Part shown: positions 39,972 through 51,809 of the stretch, piece after piece
Numbering within the stretch: the stretch's first letter is position 1
Layout of the letters: each line of letters begins with the position of its first letter
Assembly (NCBI GenBank): GCA_051294905.1
Contig: CM119371.1
Span: forward strand, 4,776,001-4,840,000
Length of the DNA stretch: 64,000 bases
Source of the DNA: Botryllus schlosseri
Taxonomy: Eukaryota
Direction: 5' to 3'
Notes under the pieces: model-generated
Seen by the model: the letters and a program-made list of their open reading frames with translations, nothing else
Database searches by the model: none
Told to the model about the DNA's origin: nothing
Made by a program: the position numbers and the translations under genes

Positions 39972-42900
39972 TAGGGTGGAGTGAAAAATGGAAAATTTTG
40001 AATTTCAAAACGGACACTTGATATGTGGTGCCAAATTTAAAAAAAAAAATTCTATAATAATTTTGGGCTCGTGCATCCTCTAGTGGTCGTGCAATTGCAT
40101 CGAACGAGCCAAAAATAGCTAATTTTGCTATATATTGATTACCGCTTATGCTAGAAAGCTGGTTTTGGGCTTAAAAGATGCTGAAGCAACAAGTTTCTAT
40201 CTCACTTTCTCAGAACTTTTGTCTTAAAAATGAACAGAAAAAAAGTTACAAGCAAATTTTTGATTTTTAGGCTGTTTTAGGTAAAATTAGGCACTGAAGC
40301 AGTGGCTATGATGCCAAAAGCTCCATATTAAAAGAACATAAACTGCAAATCCATATTGAAACACAAAAACATCAATTCTATATTGAAAAAAGATATATTT
40401 CGAATATGGATTCACTACCAGAGTATTAGTACCGTAAACCGGGGTAACTTTGGACTTTAAGGTAACTTTGGACACTAAGCAGTAAAAGATTTAAATGGTT
40501 ATTGACGGAAAAGGGTTGCCGCTGGATGTCCAATTCTTTTTCATGTGGCATCGGTGCCATAAGTAGTCTCAATAGAAGGTGGATTCATTTCAATACCAGA
40601 TAAACTTGACCCAACATTGATAAATTAATGGCGGGGGTTAATTTCATCAAAATTAATGGCCATTTAACTTCTTACAAGCAAACATAGATAACATGTGATT
40701 CGTAGATTGGAAACTTGGCAGCAGATACCTCTAAGCAGTCTTAATCCATGGCAAAAATCTCAGTGGGCTCACCCTCAGATCAATACAAGAAAATGTGATG
40801 TCCAAAGTAACCCCATCAAATTTTATCAGAACGGGGTAACTTTGGACAGTGGAAAATGTGATATTTAGAGCTCTGGAAAGTGGCTGCTTAATCTGTGTCA
40901 AAGTGTATGGTCAACTATATTCCTTATTACCGAACTGATGGCTTTTTAAAATGGAATGAGAAGGATAATAAATTAGAGTTTGCCAAAATATGAAAAAATG
41001 GGTAGGCAATGAGCTGAGAGATTGTAATCGGGTGTAAGCTACTTCAAAAACTTATCACATACTCATAAAGATGTGCCTGCTGAGTGCTGAATATGGGATA
41101 TCGTAAATTACGACAAATATATCCATCAGAGGAGATAGGAAAGGGAAAGTGTATCTTTCAAAGAAGAGTAATATATTTGAAATCGGCAATAAATCACATT
41201 AACATGTTCAACTTTCACTGTCGATTGCTGACACTGCCAGTGGGATATCCCTTACCACCATACGTTATTTATAAGTCCCAATTGGCGAAGGCATGAGGGA
41301 AAATTGAGATAAGAGGGCCCATTAGCCTTCATAAACGACCTAATTTTTTTTTTTTTGGGGGGGGGGGATTAGGTATAAATCATGCAATAGGTCTGACATA
41401 TACCATTTTGTTTCAGTTTTAGCCACTGCTCTCATCAACTCTTACCAAATAAGCCCCATTTACGAAGTTTCATAAACAATTGAGTGTAAAGGCATACAAA
41501 AAACTACATTGTCCAAAGTTACCCCACATGCAGGGATAACTTTGGACACGGATAATTTACAAAAATAAGGTACTTATTTATGACCATGAAGATTTTGGAT
41601 TAGGTAATTCTAATCTATGCTCCATGACCCCTAAAAAACACAAAACTTGCCTCCCCTACACCCCAGCATTTCTGAAATACGAAGCGGAATTGTTGAAAAT
41701 TGTCCAAAGTTACCCCGGTTTACGGTATGCACAAATTTTAAAATCTTGTTTCGTAATAAAATATTTTATCTGCTTTCGAGATTTCAGTTTTTGAGTGATC
41801 AGGCCATCTCTACGTTCAAATCCCTACACATGGGCAATGGGCATATGCTTCGGTCACCACTGTAACGTCTCTTTCCACTGCCTGGTTGTGCCAAGGATGA
41901 TTGATCCTTAATGGTGATGGCCTGAGATTTTCCAGCTCAAGATATGAAAAGCTTTTGATTGCTGGTGGATGTTCCGCATCTTTCAGATGCAAGCTGACAA
42001 TTTGGTGCGATGACTTGGCCGTGATGTTTATAATTGGGATTTTGAACAATCTGATTCTAGTGTCAACGCTGTTTTTAGGTTTCGGTTCATTAACATATCC
42101 TCATTCTAAGTCGCTAATTGGAATCTGATATTCTGTTTGATCTGCTCATAGTTATAGACTTGCAAGTCTTCTGAGGCCTTCATCATCATCACCGAGCATT
42201 CCCAGATGTGCAAAACATGCCTTTTGTTGTAGCAAGGATATTGCAAGGTTACGAATTGTGTATTAGAAAGCTTTTGTAACATGGGAAACTATGTTGCAGA
42301 AGTTTTTAACACCATCAACAATGGAATTGTGCCTTTTTATTTCAAACCATGACGGAAAATAAACCTCAATGCAGAATTGAGCAAGATAGTTCAGATTGCT
42401 TGATGGATGACTTTGTCGCACATAGAAACTCAAAATTCGGCATGTTCTATGTGGGACTGAGTCATCCCTAATTGTACCTTCTTATTTCAAACCATGACGG
42501 AAAATAAACCTCCATGCAGAATTGAGAAAGATAGTTCAGATTTCCTGATTTTTTGAGGTTCTATACATAGCATACATAGCCAGAGTCATCCATCAAGCAA
42601 TCTGAACTATCTTGCTTAATTCTGCATGAAGTTTTATTTTCCGTCATGGTTTGAAATAAAAAGGCACAATTCCATTGTTGATGGTGCTTAAAACTTGTGC
42701 AACATAGTTTCCCATATTACAAAGCTTTCTGATACACAAATTCGCAACCTTGCACTACCTTTGCTACAAGGAAAAGCATGTTTTGCACATCCGGATAATG
42801 TATTTTGGAAATGCTCAGTGATGATGATGAAGGCCTCGGAAGACTTGCAGATTACAACTATGAGCAGATCAAACAGAATACCAGATTCCAATTAGCGACT

Positions 42901-43754
42901 TTGAAGGAGGATATGTTAATGGAACGAAACCTAAAAACAACGTTGACACTAGAATCAGATTTTTTGAAATCCCAATCATAAACGTCAAGGCCAAATCATA
43001 CCACTAAATTGTCAACTTTAATCTAAAAGATATGGAACAGCCACCAGCAATCAAAAACTCACCATATCTCGAGATGGAAAATCCAAGGTCATCTCCGCAA
43101 ACATCCTTGGCGCAACCAGCCAGTGGAAAGAGACGTTTAAGTGGTGACCAAAGCATGTGCCCATGTGTCGGGATTTAAACGTAGAGATGACTCATCAGAG
43201 AAAAACTGAAGTCTCAAAAACAGATGAAATCTTTTAATACAAAACAAGGTTTCAAAGTTTGTGCAGACTAATACTCTGGTAGTGAAATCATCTTCAAAAT
43301 ATATATTTTTTCAATATGGAATTGATGGTTTTGTGTTTTCAATATGAATTAGCAATTTATGTGTTTCCAATACGGAGTTGTCAGTCATAAGAGCGATCAC
43401 TACACGCTTTTGGCCTCGTACCCTGCTTCAGTGCCTAATTTTACCGAAAAATGGTCTAAAAATAAATTAATCTGCTCGTAACTTTTTTTCTGTTCATTTT
43501 TAAGACAAAGTTCTGTGGAAGTGAGATAGAAACTTGTTGCTTCCGCATCTTTTAAGCCCAAAATCAGCTTTCTAGCGGAAGCGGTCATCAATATATAGCG
43601 AATTTAGCTATTTTTGGCTCGTTCGGTGAAATTGCACGACCACTAGAGGGTGCACAAGCCCAAAATTATAATAGAAATTATTTTTTTCAATTTGGCACCA
43701 CATATCAAGTGTCCGTTTTGAAATTCAAAATTTTCCATTTTTCACTCCACCCTA
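39972..43754. mobile_element. Palindromic TAGGGTG-ended hAT derivative made of two transposase 3' ends
   Basis: TIRs TAGGGTGGAGTGAAAAATGG. Each arm carries outward-reading C-terminal remnants (NLNYLAQFCIEVYFPSWFEIKRH.., FAHPDN, HNQAVER..VTEA). TGTGATAA occurs on both flanks but is offset on the right, so the TSD is imperfect. Confidence 0.88.
40432..41725 (+). mobile_element. pogo/Tigger-like deletion derivative
   Basis: TA TSD; TIRs CCGTAAACCGGGGTAACTTTGGAC; internal GGTAACTTTGGAC repeats; DDE_1-like remnant VGYPLPPYVIYKS. The empty site is visible in the opposite arm at ~43265. Confidence 0.88.
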
Positions 43755-44875
43755 ATTGTGATAACGCCATCTTTCGTGCAGGTTTTGAAGTGATCGTACC
43801 ACATGTGATTTCTGCATTGTTGCAATCCTCGCCATTTTCCACACTGTCATTACATCATCCACCACCACATTGCAAGTAGGGGTTGACTGAGGACAATGCT
43901 CTTTCAGATGCAGAAAACATCTCATTACTTCTCATATACTTGGTAATCTCGAGCCAGAGATGTAATCGCAAGTATATCCGACCTCACATAGTTGGTAATC
44001 TCGAGCCACAGATGCAATCGCACGTATATCCGACCAAGTACGGTACTGCTCAGACTTAGATCTTGTTCCTCGCTGTGGCATGTGTACAATCTTTCGCCGT
44101 TTTGCCTTTACCATGACTGCAATATTGTTGCTCCAAATCGTAAACTACTGCTATCGACTCTAAAGCAATCAAAGAACACGTGTTACTGTACTACTAATGA
44201 TTCATCAACCCACAACTCGCTTGAACAGAACCACAGCCGCTCCTAACAGTCTCGACCACAACAAAACAAACTTTCAATTTAGTAAAGCGAAGCACCCGAA
44301 TCCGAGTCAGCTGTTGCAGTAATCATTGAAGCTTAGCCGATTACCCAATCAAGAACCGCGCGTTCGTGATTGCCCGCCTTTTCGCAACTCTGCTGTCGGT
44401 GGCCCGCCCACTCTTCACCAACGACTTTCAAACGCATTTAGACAAATCTTACCGACTTTCCTGCGAGCTTCTTTCAGGCCCATTATTGTTTTTTAACAAT
44501 AATCTACAGAATAAGCCATGGATACGCAGTATTCCAAACATTTTCCAAATTTCGAACAACCCTAATGGGTACAGGCTTTTTCCCAGAATTTATACGGCAT
44601 TTTAAGGGTGCGTATTATACATGGGGGCGCACTTTATTCGGAGAATTACGGTAGATCATAAGTTCGTTATTCTTGGATATTGTTAATTATCACACTGCTA
44701 CGTTTTTGCTAATTCCTAATGTATTTCAGACTGGGTTGATATAATATAAGAATCATAATACTGTGTAATAGCTCATTCCAAGCTATCGTTGAATAATCGT
44801 TTTTAAGCAGATAGCAGCTGATGTATGATTCTTGAAGAAGTAAAGTAATAGGCCCTATACAGCTAATCCAGAAGA

Positions 44876-46060
44876 ATGAGAAGGAACATGTGCTGGATCT
44901 GTGAAAAGAGCTTCCATCGCAAAGACGGATTGAAAGCTCACTTGCGATTCCACCTTATAGATAGAAATACCGAATGTGAGATCTGCGGTAAAACCTTTGC
45001 TGCAATCACTATATTGAAAAAACATTTAATATCACACACTCCTTTGAATAATCATGAACACAAGGGCAATGGCAAAAAGTTTAATCCGATCCGTCACTTG
45101 AAAAGACATGCGGAAACACGTACTGCTCACCATGAAGTCAAAAACCACGACTGTGAGATCTGTGGAATGACGTTTGTGCAGGTTGGTGACCTGAAAACGC
45201 ATGGAAATATACATACTGGAAACTATGCATGTCAGATCTGCGGCAAAGCGTTTGCTCTCATCGGACACTTGAAAACACATGAGAATACACATACTGGAGT
45301 CAAAAAATATGAGTGTCAGATCTGCGGAAAAGTTTTTGCCCGGCTTGGTGACTTGAAAAGACATGAAAATACGCATACTGGAGTCAAAAACTATGAGTGT
45401 CAGATCTGCGGCAAAGCGTTTGCTAGGATCGGACACTTGAAAACACATGAGAATACACATACTGGAGTCAAAAAATATGAGTGTCAGATCTGCGGAAAAG
45501 TTTTTGCCCGGCTTGGTGACTTGAAAATACATGAAAATACGCATACTGGAGTCAAAAACTATGAGTGTCAGATCTGCGGCAAAGCGTTTGCTCGGATCGG
45601 ACACTTGAAAACACATGGGAATACACATACTGGAGTCAAAAACTATGCATGTCAGATTTGCGGAAAACCGTTTACCCAGCTTGGTGACTTGAAACGACAT
45701 GGAATTACACACACCGGAGTCAAAAAGTATGCATGTCAGATCTGCGGAAAAGCGTTTGCTCTGATCAAAGACTTGAAAACACATGAGAATACACATACCG
45801 GAGTCAAAAACTATGATTGTCAGATCTGTGGTAAAGCGTTTAGCATGCCTGGTAACTTGAAAACGCATACGCATACACATACCGGAGTCAAAAACTATGA
45901 GTGTCAGATCTGTGGTAAAGCGTTTACCCTGCCTGGTAACTTGAAAACGCATACGCATACACATACCGGAGTCAAAAATTATGAGTGCCAGACGTGCGGA
46001 AAAGCGTTTTCCCTGCTTGGTAACTTGAAAAGACATGGAAATACGCATACGGTAGAATAG
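44876..46060 (+). CDS. Tandem C2H2 zinc-finger protein (13 intact + 1 degenerate finger, HTGVKNY/KY linkers)
   Basis: Intact 394-aa ORF. Upstream branch/acceptor cctaat..tttcag| at 44715-44729; AATAAA at 46353 and 46488. An in-frame stop lies just before the ATG, so no N-terminal effector domain is in frame. Confidence 0.88.
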   Translation: MRRNMCWICEKSFHRKDGLKAHLRFHLIDRNTECEICGKTFAAITILKKHLISHTPLNNHEHKGNGKKFNPIRHLKRHAETRTAHHEVKNHDCEICGMTFVQVGDLKTHGNIHTGNYACQICGKAFALIGHLKTHENTHTGVKKYECQICGKVFARLGDLKRHENTHTGVKNYECQICGKAFARIGHLKTHENTHTGVKKYECQICGKVFARLGDLKIHENTHTGVKNYECQICGKAFARIGHLKTHGNTHTGVKNYACQICGKPFTQLGDLKRHGITHTGVKKYACQICGKAFALIKDLKTHENTHTGVKNYDCQICGKAFSMPGNLKTHTHTHTGVKNYECQICGKAFTLPGNLKTHTHTHTGVKNYECQTCGKAFSLLGNLKRHGNTHTVE

Positions 46061-46843
46061 CGGAACGCATATCTTTTTCTTCTCGCGATGATGATCTCGA
46101 ACATGAAGCAGTAATATTGACAGGAATACCTTATACTAAAATATGCTGTTACTTAGAGTAGACGTTCATTCACTCTGCTATCGTGTCAATACGATTTAAT
46201 ATTGCGATCAAATGTGTAAGAGTACTCATCGCATATATCTTTGAATCACCTTTCCGGCTAAATGATTACTGTGCCGGCTTGTCTAGAAATTGTGGTGGAC
46301 TTGTATCTTTGTGTTACTAAGGCTCTTTCCCATTTCCATTTGTCGTTGCCACAATAAAAATTTCACTATACGTTGTTTTTTATCATCTATTTTTTTCAGT
46401 TTGAACATGTTTCTCCAATTTTCATATTTTAATCACGGCGTATGATTACTGCCTGAAAATTTGTTTTTCACTGATTTAATCAGTTTCAATAAAGACTGCT
46501 TTTGTAGTAATTTGCGCTGGGTCTGTTGTTTAGAGAAGTTTGATGTGGATATTCAAATCTTTGTATCACAGTGTGATGAGCTAATACTATAGTTTATGTC
46601 ACCTAAATTTTAAGCTTCGTGTACATTATCCTTTGTCATATTGTCTGTTTATTAGCAGTCCGTGCATATCGTTTACACTTTCGTTTCAAATTGTATTGTT
46701 GTGGCCATTCTGTAAATATGTGTTTCTCCTTGTCATCCATTTCATGCAATTTGTCGACATTTTCACTTCCTCGTGAGATTTCAATTCGTTCATAAAAACG
46801 GTTAATCATGGAGCTACAATAAGAAGCTCCTTATAGTCTAATA

Positions 46844-47129
46844 CAGGGGTTCTCAACCTGGGGGGCGTGAAACATCTGTAGGGGGGCGCGAAGAAGCGGT
46901 CACCTGAAAAAATTTTTCGCGCTGCGCGCGATTTACCTCCACTGCATGCGTGTTTCTCTCTGCATAGACCCAATTTCATATATTTTCATTCTTTCATCAA
47001 CATTCATAACCGTCCATACCATCAAACAATCTGTTGGGGTTGCTAGCATCCCAGTTGGATTTTGTGATATGACGATAAGGGGGGCGCGAAATTTTTCACT
47101 ATCAAAAAGGGGGGGCGTGAGAACCACTG
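46844..47129. mobile_element. hAT MITE (286 bp)
   Basis: TIRs CAGGGGTTCTCA / TGAGAACCACTG; TSD GTCTAATA. Same family as 13080-13367. Confidence 0.88.
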
Positions 47130-47567
47130 GTCTAATATAAGATATGATGTTCTACCAGCTTTTTGGTAGTAGACGTGAAATGATACCCCTACGATTTGTG
47201 ATGCAGGTGATTAGCACATCATTGATCGCTATCCTTTGTGATGATGTGATTATAAACAGTCAGCCGCAACAAATATTATTTTTATTCTGTTTCGTTTTGA
47301 AATCTATTGAATATCTGATAAATTCTGTGTGTATTCCTGATAGGCTATACACTCGCTGGATCTTGTCAACAATTTCGTTCCTTCATAAGATTCTGTTTCA
47401 TTCAGACTATTTGTAATTCATACTGCTACAACACTGCACCACAGTGCTCCTTACCTTGTTTTGTTTGATGAAAGATTGAAGCTGCTACGACGAACTCATG
47501 AACCTTGTTTACTAAAGAGGCAAACTGAGGTAAATTGTGATATGAATAATCATTACGCATTCATTCA

Positions 47568-47654
47568 TTCAATGTTTACGTTCCTCAGAAACTGCCGAAA
47601 ACCGGCTCAACCGTGGCGCCCAGCATTTTGGGAAGCCAACTACAGAGTTTCAAC
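47568..47654 (+). pseudogene. Truncated PLK1-like pseudo-exon 'E'
   Basis: FNVYVPQKLPKTGSTVAPSILGSQLQSFN. The downstream intron is homologous to 57940-58290 and to 800-1160 (reverse). Confidence 0.65.
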
Positions 47655-48183
47655 TGAAAGTTTTTTCGTATGTCTTGGCAAAATCTAGTTCTTGATTAAT
47701 TCGATTCTGAATCGAGTATTACGTTTCAAGTAGCGTACTCGAGTTTCATTCATCAACACTAGAGCCCGACCGCTATCATATTGTTGAGCTGATAGCGACA
47801 AGTAGCACCTTCAATGATAACCACAAATATTCAGCCTATAGTGAAATAATATGGCAACTAGTTTGAGACATATTTCCAAACAACTTTGCTATACTTAGGT
47901 ATGAAATAAACGAGAAAGGATGCATCTCAACGCAAACAAGCAGAGACAGTCAGTAGCAATAGTAGCCTACCTCTACTTTTGCAGAATACTCAATAAGGTT
48001 TTGTCCCGCATTTTCACCCTTAGTAGTAGTCACTCAACGAAAAACCGTTATCATGATTCAGGACAAACGAATACACATGTTTTCTAGTTGATCTGCAACT
48101 AAAATATTTTTACATCCACAAGTAGAACTATAGAACTACTCACTTTTTAAAATCTGCAACTGAGTCAAGTATCTGAATTACAG

Positions 48184-48331
48184 GCATTGCTTCTGAAGTA
48201 GCATGAGAAAGACAAATGTGTCAAGAGATCGGTCTCCATCGAAATTTGAATCACAAGCACGTCGTTTGATTTCACGGATTGTTCCAAGACAGGATTTAGT
48301 CTGTATCGTTCTTGAGTTGTGTAAAAGAAGG
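48184..48331 (+). pseudogene. PLK1-like pseudo-exon 'A'
   Basis: cag|ALLLK*HEKDK/MCQEIGLHRNLNHKHVV*FHGLFQD/DLVCIVLELCKRR|gtaa. Confidence 0.88.
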
Positions 48332-48515
48332 GTAAAGGTATGTCCTTATTACAAATGTAATGTACCTCTAACTGTGCCGGTCGAAAATGCATTAGAACTG
48401 TAATGTTCATGACTAGCAGACTTGTACAACCAGATCATTATTGCTCTAGCTAAATATGATAAAATGCTTATAATGTAATTCTAATCTAATTAGTCAACTA
48501 TTTCTATATATATAT

Positions 48516-50822
48516 TAGGGTGGAGTGAAAATGACTTTTTTTTTCAAATCGAAAAAAGGGCTTCCTCAATCCTGACCAATGACCTAAAACTTCAATACAA
48601 AGTGACTTCAGGGTGTTGCCCCCATTTTCCAGCCGGCAACCCCCCAATTTCTGCGCGTGGGGGGGTAAAATGGCCCATCTCGGCAACCGCTGGTCGTAGA
48701 GTCATGATATATAGCTCAAAATCTGCGGAAGCATCATGTTTCTATCTGTCTTCAGAATAAAGTTTTCTCTATTGTGAAAACAAAATGAGTTATAGCCAAA
48801 AAGCGATATATACGCACATTTTTGTTGAAATTCAGCATTTATTCTGACGAATTGTGATCTGTCATCAGTTTTTTTGGAACTAAAAGTAACACACTGACAA
48901 TACCGAATATTGGGCCCATAATACAAATATATTCACAACACAGTCCTTTTAAAATCGGTTCATAACATCATAATGAAACACCCACATTTAACGGCTTATT
49001 GAAAATGCATTTTTGTGTCAAATTTTTTCATCAGTTTACGAGACCTAATTTTTTGGCAATTGAGAGGCCATCTCGTCTTTCAAATCCCGAAACTTGTGCT
49101 GATGCTTCTGTTGCGAGCTTTACATGTCGTTCCACTGTTTGATTGGGGCATGGATGAAACAAAATCAGAGGCTTCTCGCGGCATTCTTCCAACTCTGCAT
49201 CAGTTAAGTGCTAAATCGTTGGAGGAAGTTGTTGATAAGGCTCAATATCAACCAACTCGTGGTATGCCTTGGCTTTGGGACACAGAATAAACGAATAGGA
49301 CCCCAGTTCGATTGGTTGGAACTGCTATGACTTTCAATGTCCACAAGTGAATTTTATTCAGCGGCATGTTTTCGAAACGCAAGCACCTTGGTCACACCCT
49401 TATTTCGTATGTCTTCATTATCATCTACCAGCATTGCAATCATAATCTTTTCGGGGTGTGCGAAATAACCGTTTCTTATCACCACATTCAAAGCAATTTT
49501 CCGAACGTTTCGGTCAGAAAAATTCAAAACCTGTTGAATCAAGTTGAAGATGTTTCTGGATCCATGTGTTATATGTTTGTTTCGCTTGATCTCAAACCAA
49601 GTCGGAAAATATACTTCAAGGCAAAAACGAACCAGAATCTCCAGGTTCAAGGGCGGTTCATCAACTCTTACATAATACCGTAAAACTCTGCACTGCATCC
49701 TAAAGTTAGCCATCTTGAATGCGCAACTGCTCCAACCTCCAAGTAAGCCAGATCATCATCAGCATTTCCTTGAATAATTGCCCAGCACATTTATAAGCAT
49801 ATAACTGGTCCTTACTCAAGTCACTAACAATTTCCAATGGGAGCTTTGGAAAGGCCATAAGTGGTGGCGAGAGCTTTTTGAATTGAGTAACTGGCCAACA
49901 AGATACACTTCCACGTAGTTTTGTTCCAATTGGGTGTGACCAAGGTGCTGGCGATTCGAAAACATGCCGCTGAACAAAATTCACTTCTGGACATTGAGAG
50001 TCATAGCAATTCCAACCAATTGAACTGCGGTTCTGTTCGTTTATTCTGTGTCCCAAACTTGAACTTGGAAGCAAAGGCGTATGAGTTGGTTGATATTGAA
50101 CCCTATATCAACAACTTCCTCCAGCGATTGATCACTTAACTGATGCAGAGTTGGAAGAATGCCGCGAGAACCCTCTGATTTTGTTTCATCCATGCCCCAA
50201 TCAAACAGTGGAACGACATGTAAAGCATCAACAGACGCATCAGCACAAGTTTCGGGATTTCAAAGACGAGATGGCCTCATTCGCCGAAAAATTAAGTCTC
50301 GTAAACTGATGAAAAAACATGACAAAAGAATGCATTTTCAATAAGTCGTTAAATGTCAGTGTTTCATTATGATGTTCTGAACCGATTTTAAAAGGACTGT
50401 GTTGTGAATATATTTGTAATATGAGCCCAATATTCGGTATTGTCAGTGTGTTACTTTTCTTTTAAAAAAACTGATGACAGATCACAATTCGTCAGAATAA
50501 ATGCTGAATTTCAACAAAATGTGCATATATATTGTTTTTTGGCTATAACTCACTTTGTGTACACAATAGAGAAAACTTTCTTCAGAAGACAGATAGAAAC
50601 ATGATGCTTCCACAGATTTTGAGCTATATATCATGACTCTACGACCAGCGGTTGCCGAGATGGGCCATTTTATCCCCCCCACGCGCAGAAATTGGGGGGT
50701 TGCCGGCTGGAAAATGGGGGCAACACCCTGAAGTCACTTTTTATTGAAGTTTTAGGTCCTTTGTCAGGATTGAGGGAGCCCTTTTTTCGATTTGAAAAAA
50801 AAGTCATTTTTACTCCACCCTA
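48516..50822. mobile_element. Palindromic TAGGGTG-ended hAT derivative made of two transposase 3' ends
   Basis: TSD ATATATAT; arms 48516-49400 and 49932-50822. The minus strand carries DLSKDQ..HSRWLT..VYFPTWFEIK..NGYFAHPE..IR, and the C-terminal Q.VERHVK..T.ASAQVSGF.RRDG is present in both arms. Confidence 0.92.
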
Positions 50823-51039
50823 ATATATATAGTGTGAAACAAGTCAAGATTGGTGAACAGTCATTTACTATTCTCGTGCTTATGATAATCAAGTCCGATT
50901 TGATATGAACTGAACTTGATTTCTTTTCCAACTAGGTATTGTGATTCTAATCTAATTTGGAAAAATATGTTTCACATAATTCAAATTCTAATCTAGTTTG
51001 GATAATGTGATCATTTTTTTGTGAAGCAACTGCGATCAC

Positions 51040-51520
51040 TAGGGCTGTGCACAATAATTTGATGACTCAAATCTGAATCGAGTATCAATTCTAATCATTT
51101 GAGTCGAATGGTAGGAAATGATTGTTTCGAGTACTGACAATATACGCTCGATGCCACCAAAGGGAAAAATTATATTAACAATTAGCTGAACTGAACCAAT
51201 GGGAATTATACTTTCGATAATATTTCTCACCGTGAAAAGCTGTAAACCTCGATTGGTCGTATCGCAGCATACGAAACATGTAGTACAAAGCTACTCACGT
51301 TACTGAAAATGACATTTCTGCGAAGTGGGGACCAACCTAAAGCATTGTCCCATAGTAAGATGAAATAGCTATGGTCATAAAGTGCAAAATAATCTTTATG
51401 ACGTGACTAGAACCGGCATTATATTCCTTGTGGTGTTGCTGTGACGTTAACATGAGTGACTCAAACTCATTATTCGATTCAGAATCAAATCACTCACATA
51501 CTCTATTTTAGCCAGCCCTG
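51040..51520. repeat. Old TAGGGCTG-ended MITE-like module repeated in PLK introns
   Basis: Homologous segments at ~2340-2875, 54610-54910, 56410-56837, 60050-60420, 61290-61500 and 62490-62868, sharing aaacctcgattggtcgtatc..tactggaaatgacat. Confidence 0.6.
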
Positions 51521-51710
51521 TTTATTTACACGTTCATTATCAAAAAGCAAGTATTAAATGAAGTTTATAGTTTGGAAGGTTCACCAGTCTGCAAAAACTG
51601 TTGTCCAATTTGACCGTCCCTCTAACTCAGAAAGGTTGAGAATTACTGTCCAACAAATAATATTGTTTTTGTCATTCCAGTAGACCAGCTACCTTATTAT
51701 TTGTTGTCAG

Positions 51711-51809
51711 TCGCTGATGAAAACTACAAAAGAAGATGCGCCATCACAGAACCAGAGACTTGGTGTTGTTTGGTTTCGTGATTGTAAAATCATTCATAGA
51801 GATATCAAG
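51711..51809 (+). pseudogene. PLK1-like pseudo-exon 'B' (internal deletion)
   Basis: cag|SLMK/YKRRCAITEPET..DCKIIHRDIK|gtaac. Confidence 0.85.

Larger units (their letters stand above)
38261..44564. mobile_element. TAGGG-ended hAT (hATm-like) element with ~200-bp TIRs
   Basis: TAGGGTTGTTC(A/G)AAATTTGGAAA termini; perfect TSD ATGGGTAC. The TIRs are related to those of the 35090 element. Confidence 0.9.
37924..44651. mobile_element. pogo-like MITE (family 'CCGTA'), outermost layer of a nested stack
   Basis: ta|CCATATTTTT...AATTACGG|ta. About 0.4 kb of its own sequence, split at ATGGGTAC by the 38261 element. Confidence 0.72.

Noticed and set aside
45032..46048. 338-aa minus-strand ORF
   Set aside because: Antisense shadow of the repetitive zinc-finger exon.
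44730..46060. PRDM9 or KRAB-ZNF orthology
   Set aside because: No PR/SET, KRAB or SSXRD sequence was recognised in the window. Only the mode of array evolution is similar.
49015..50344. Autonomous transposase gene
   Set aside because: Only frameshifted C-terminal fragments are present. No intact transposase or RT ORF exists anywhere in the window.
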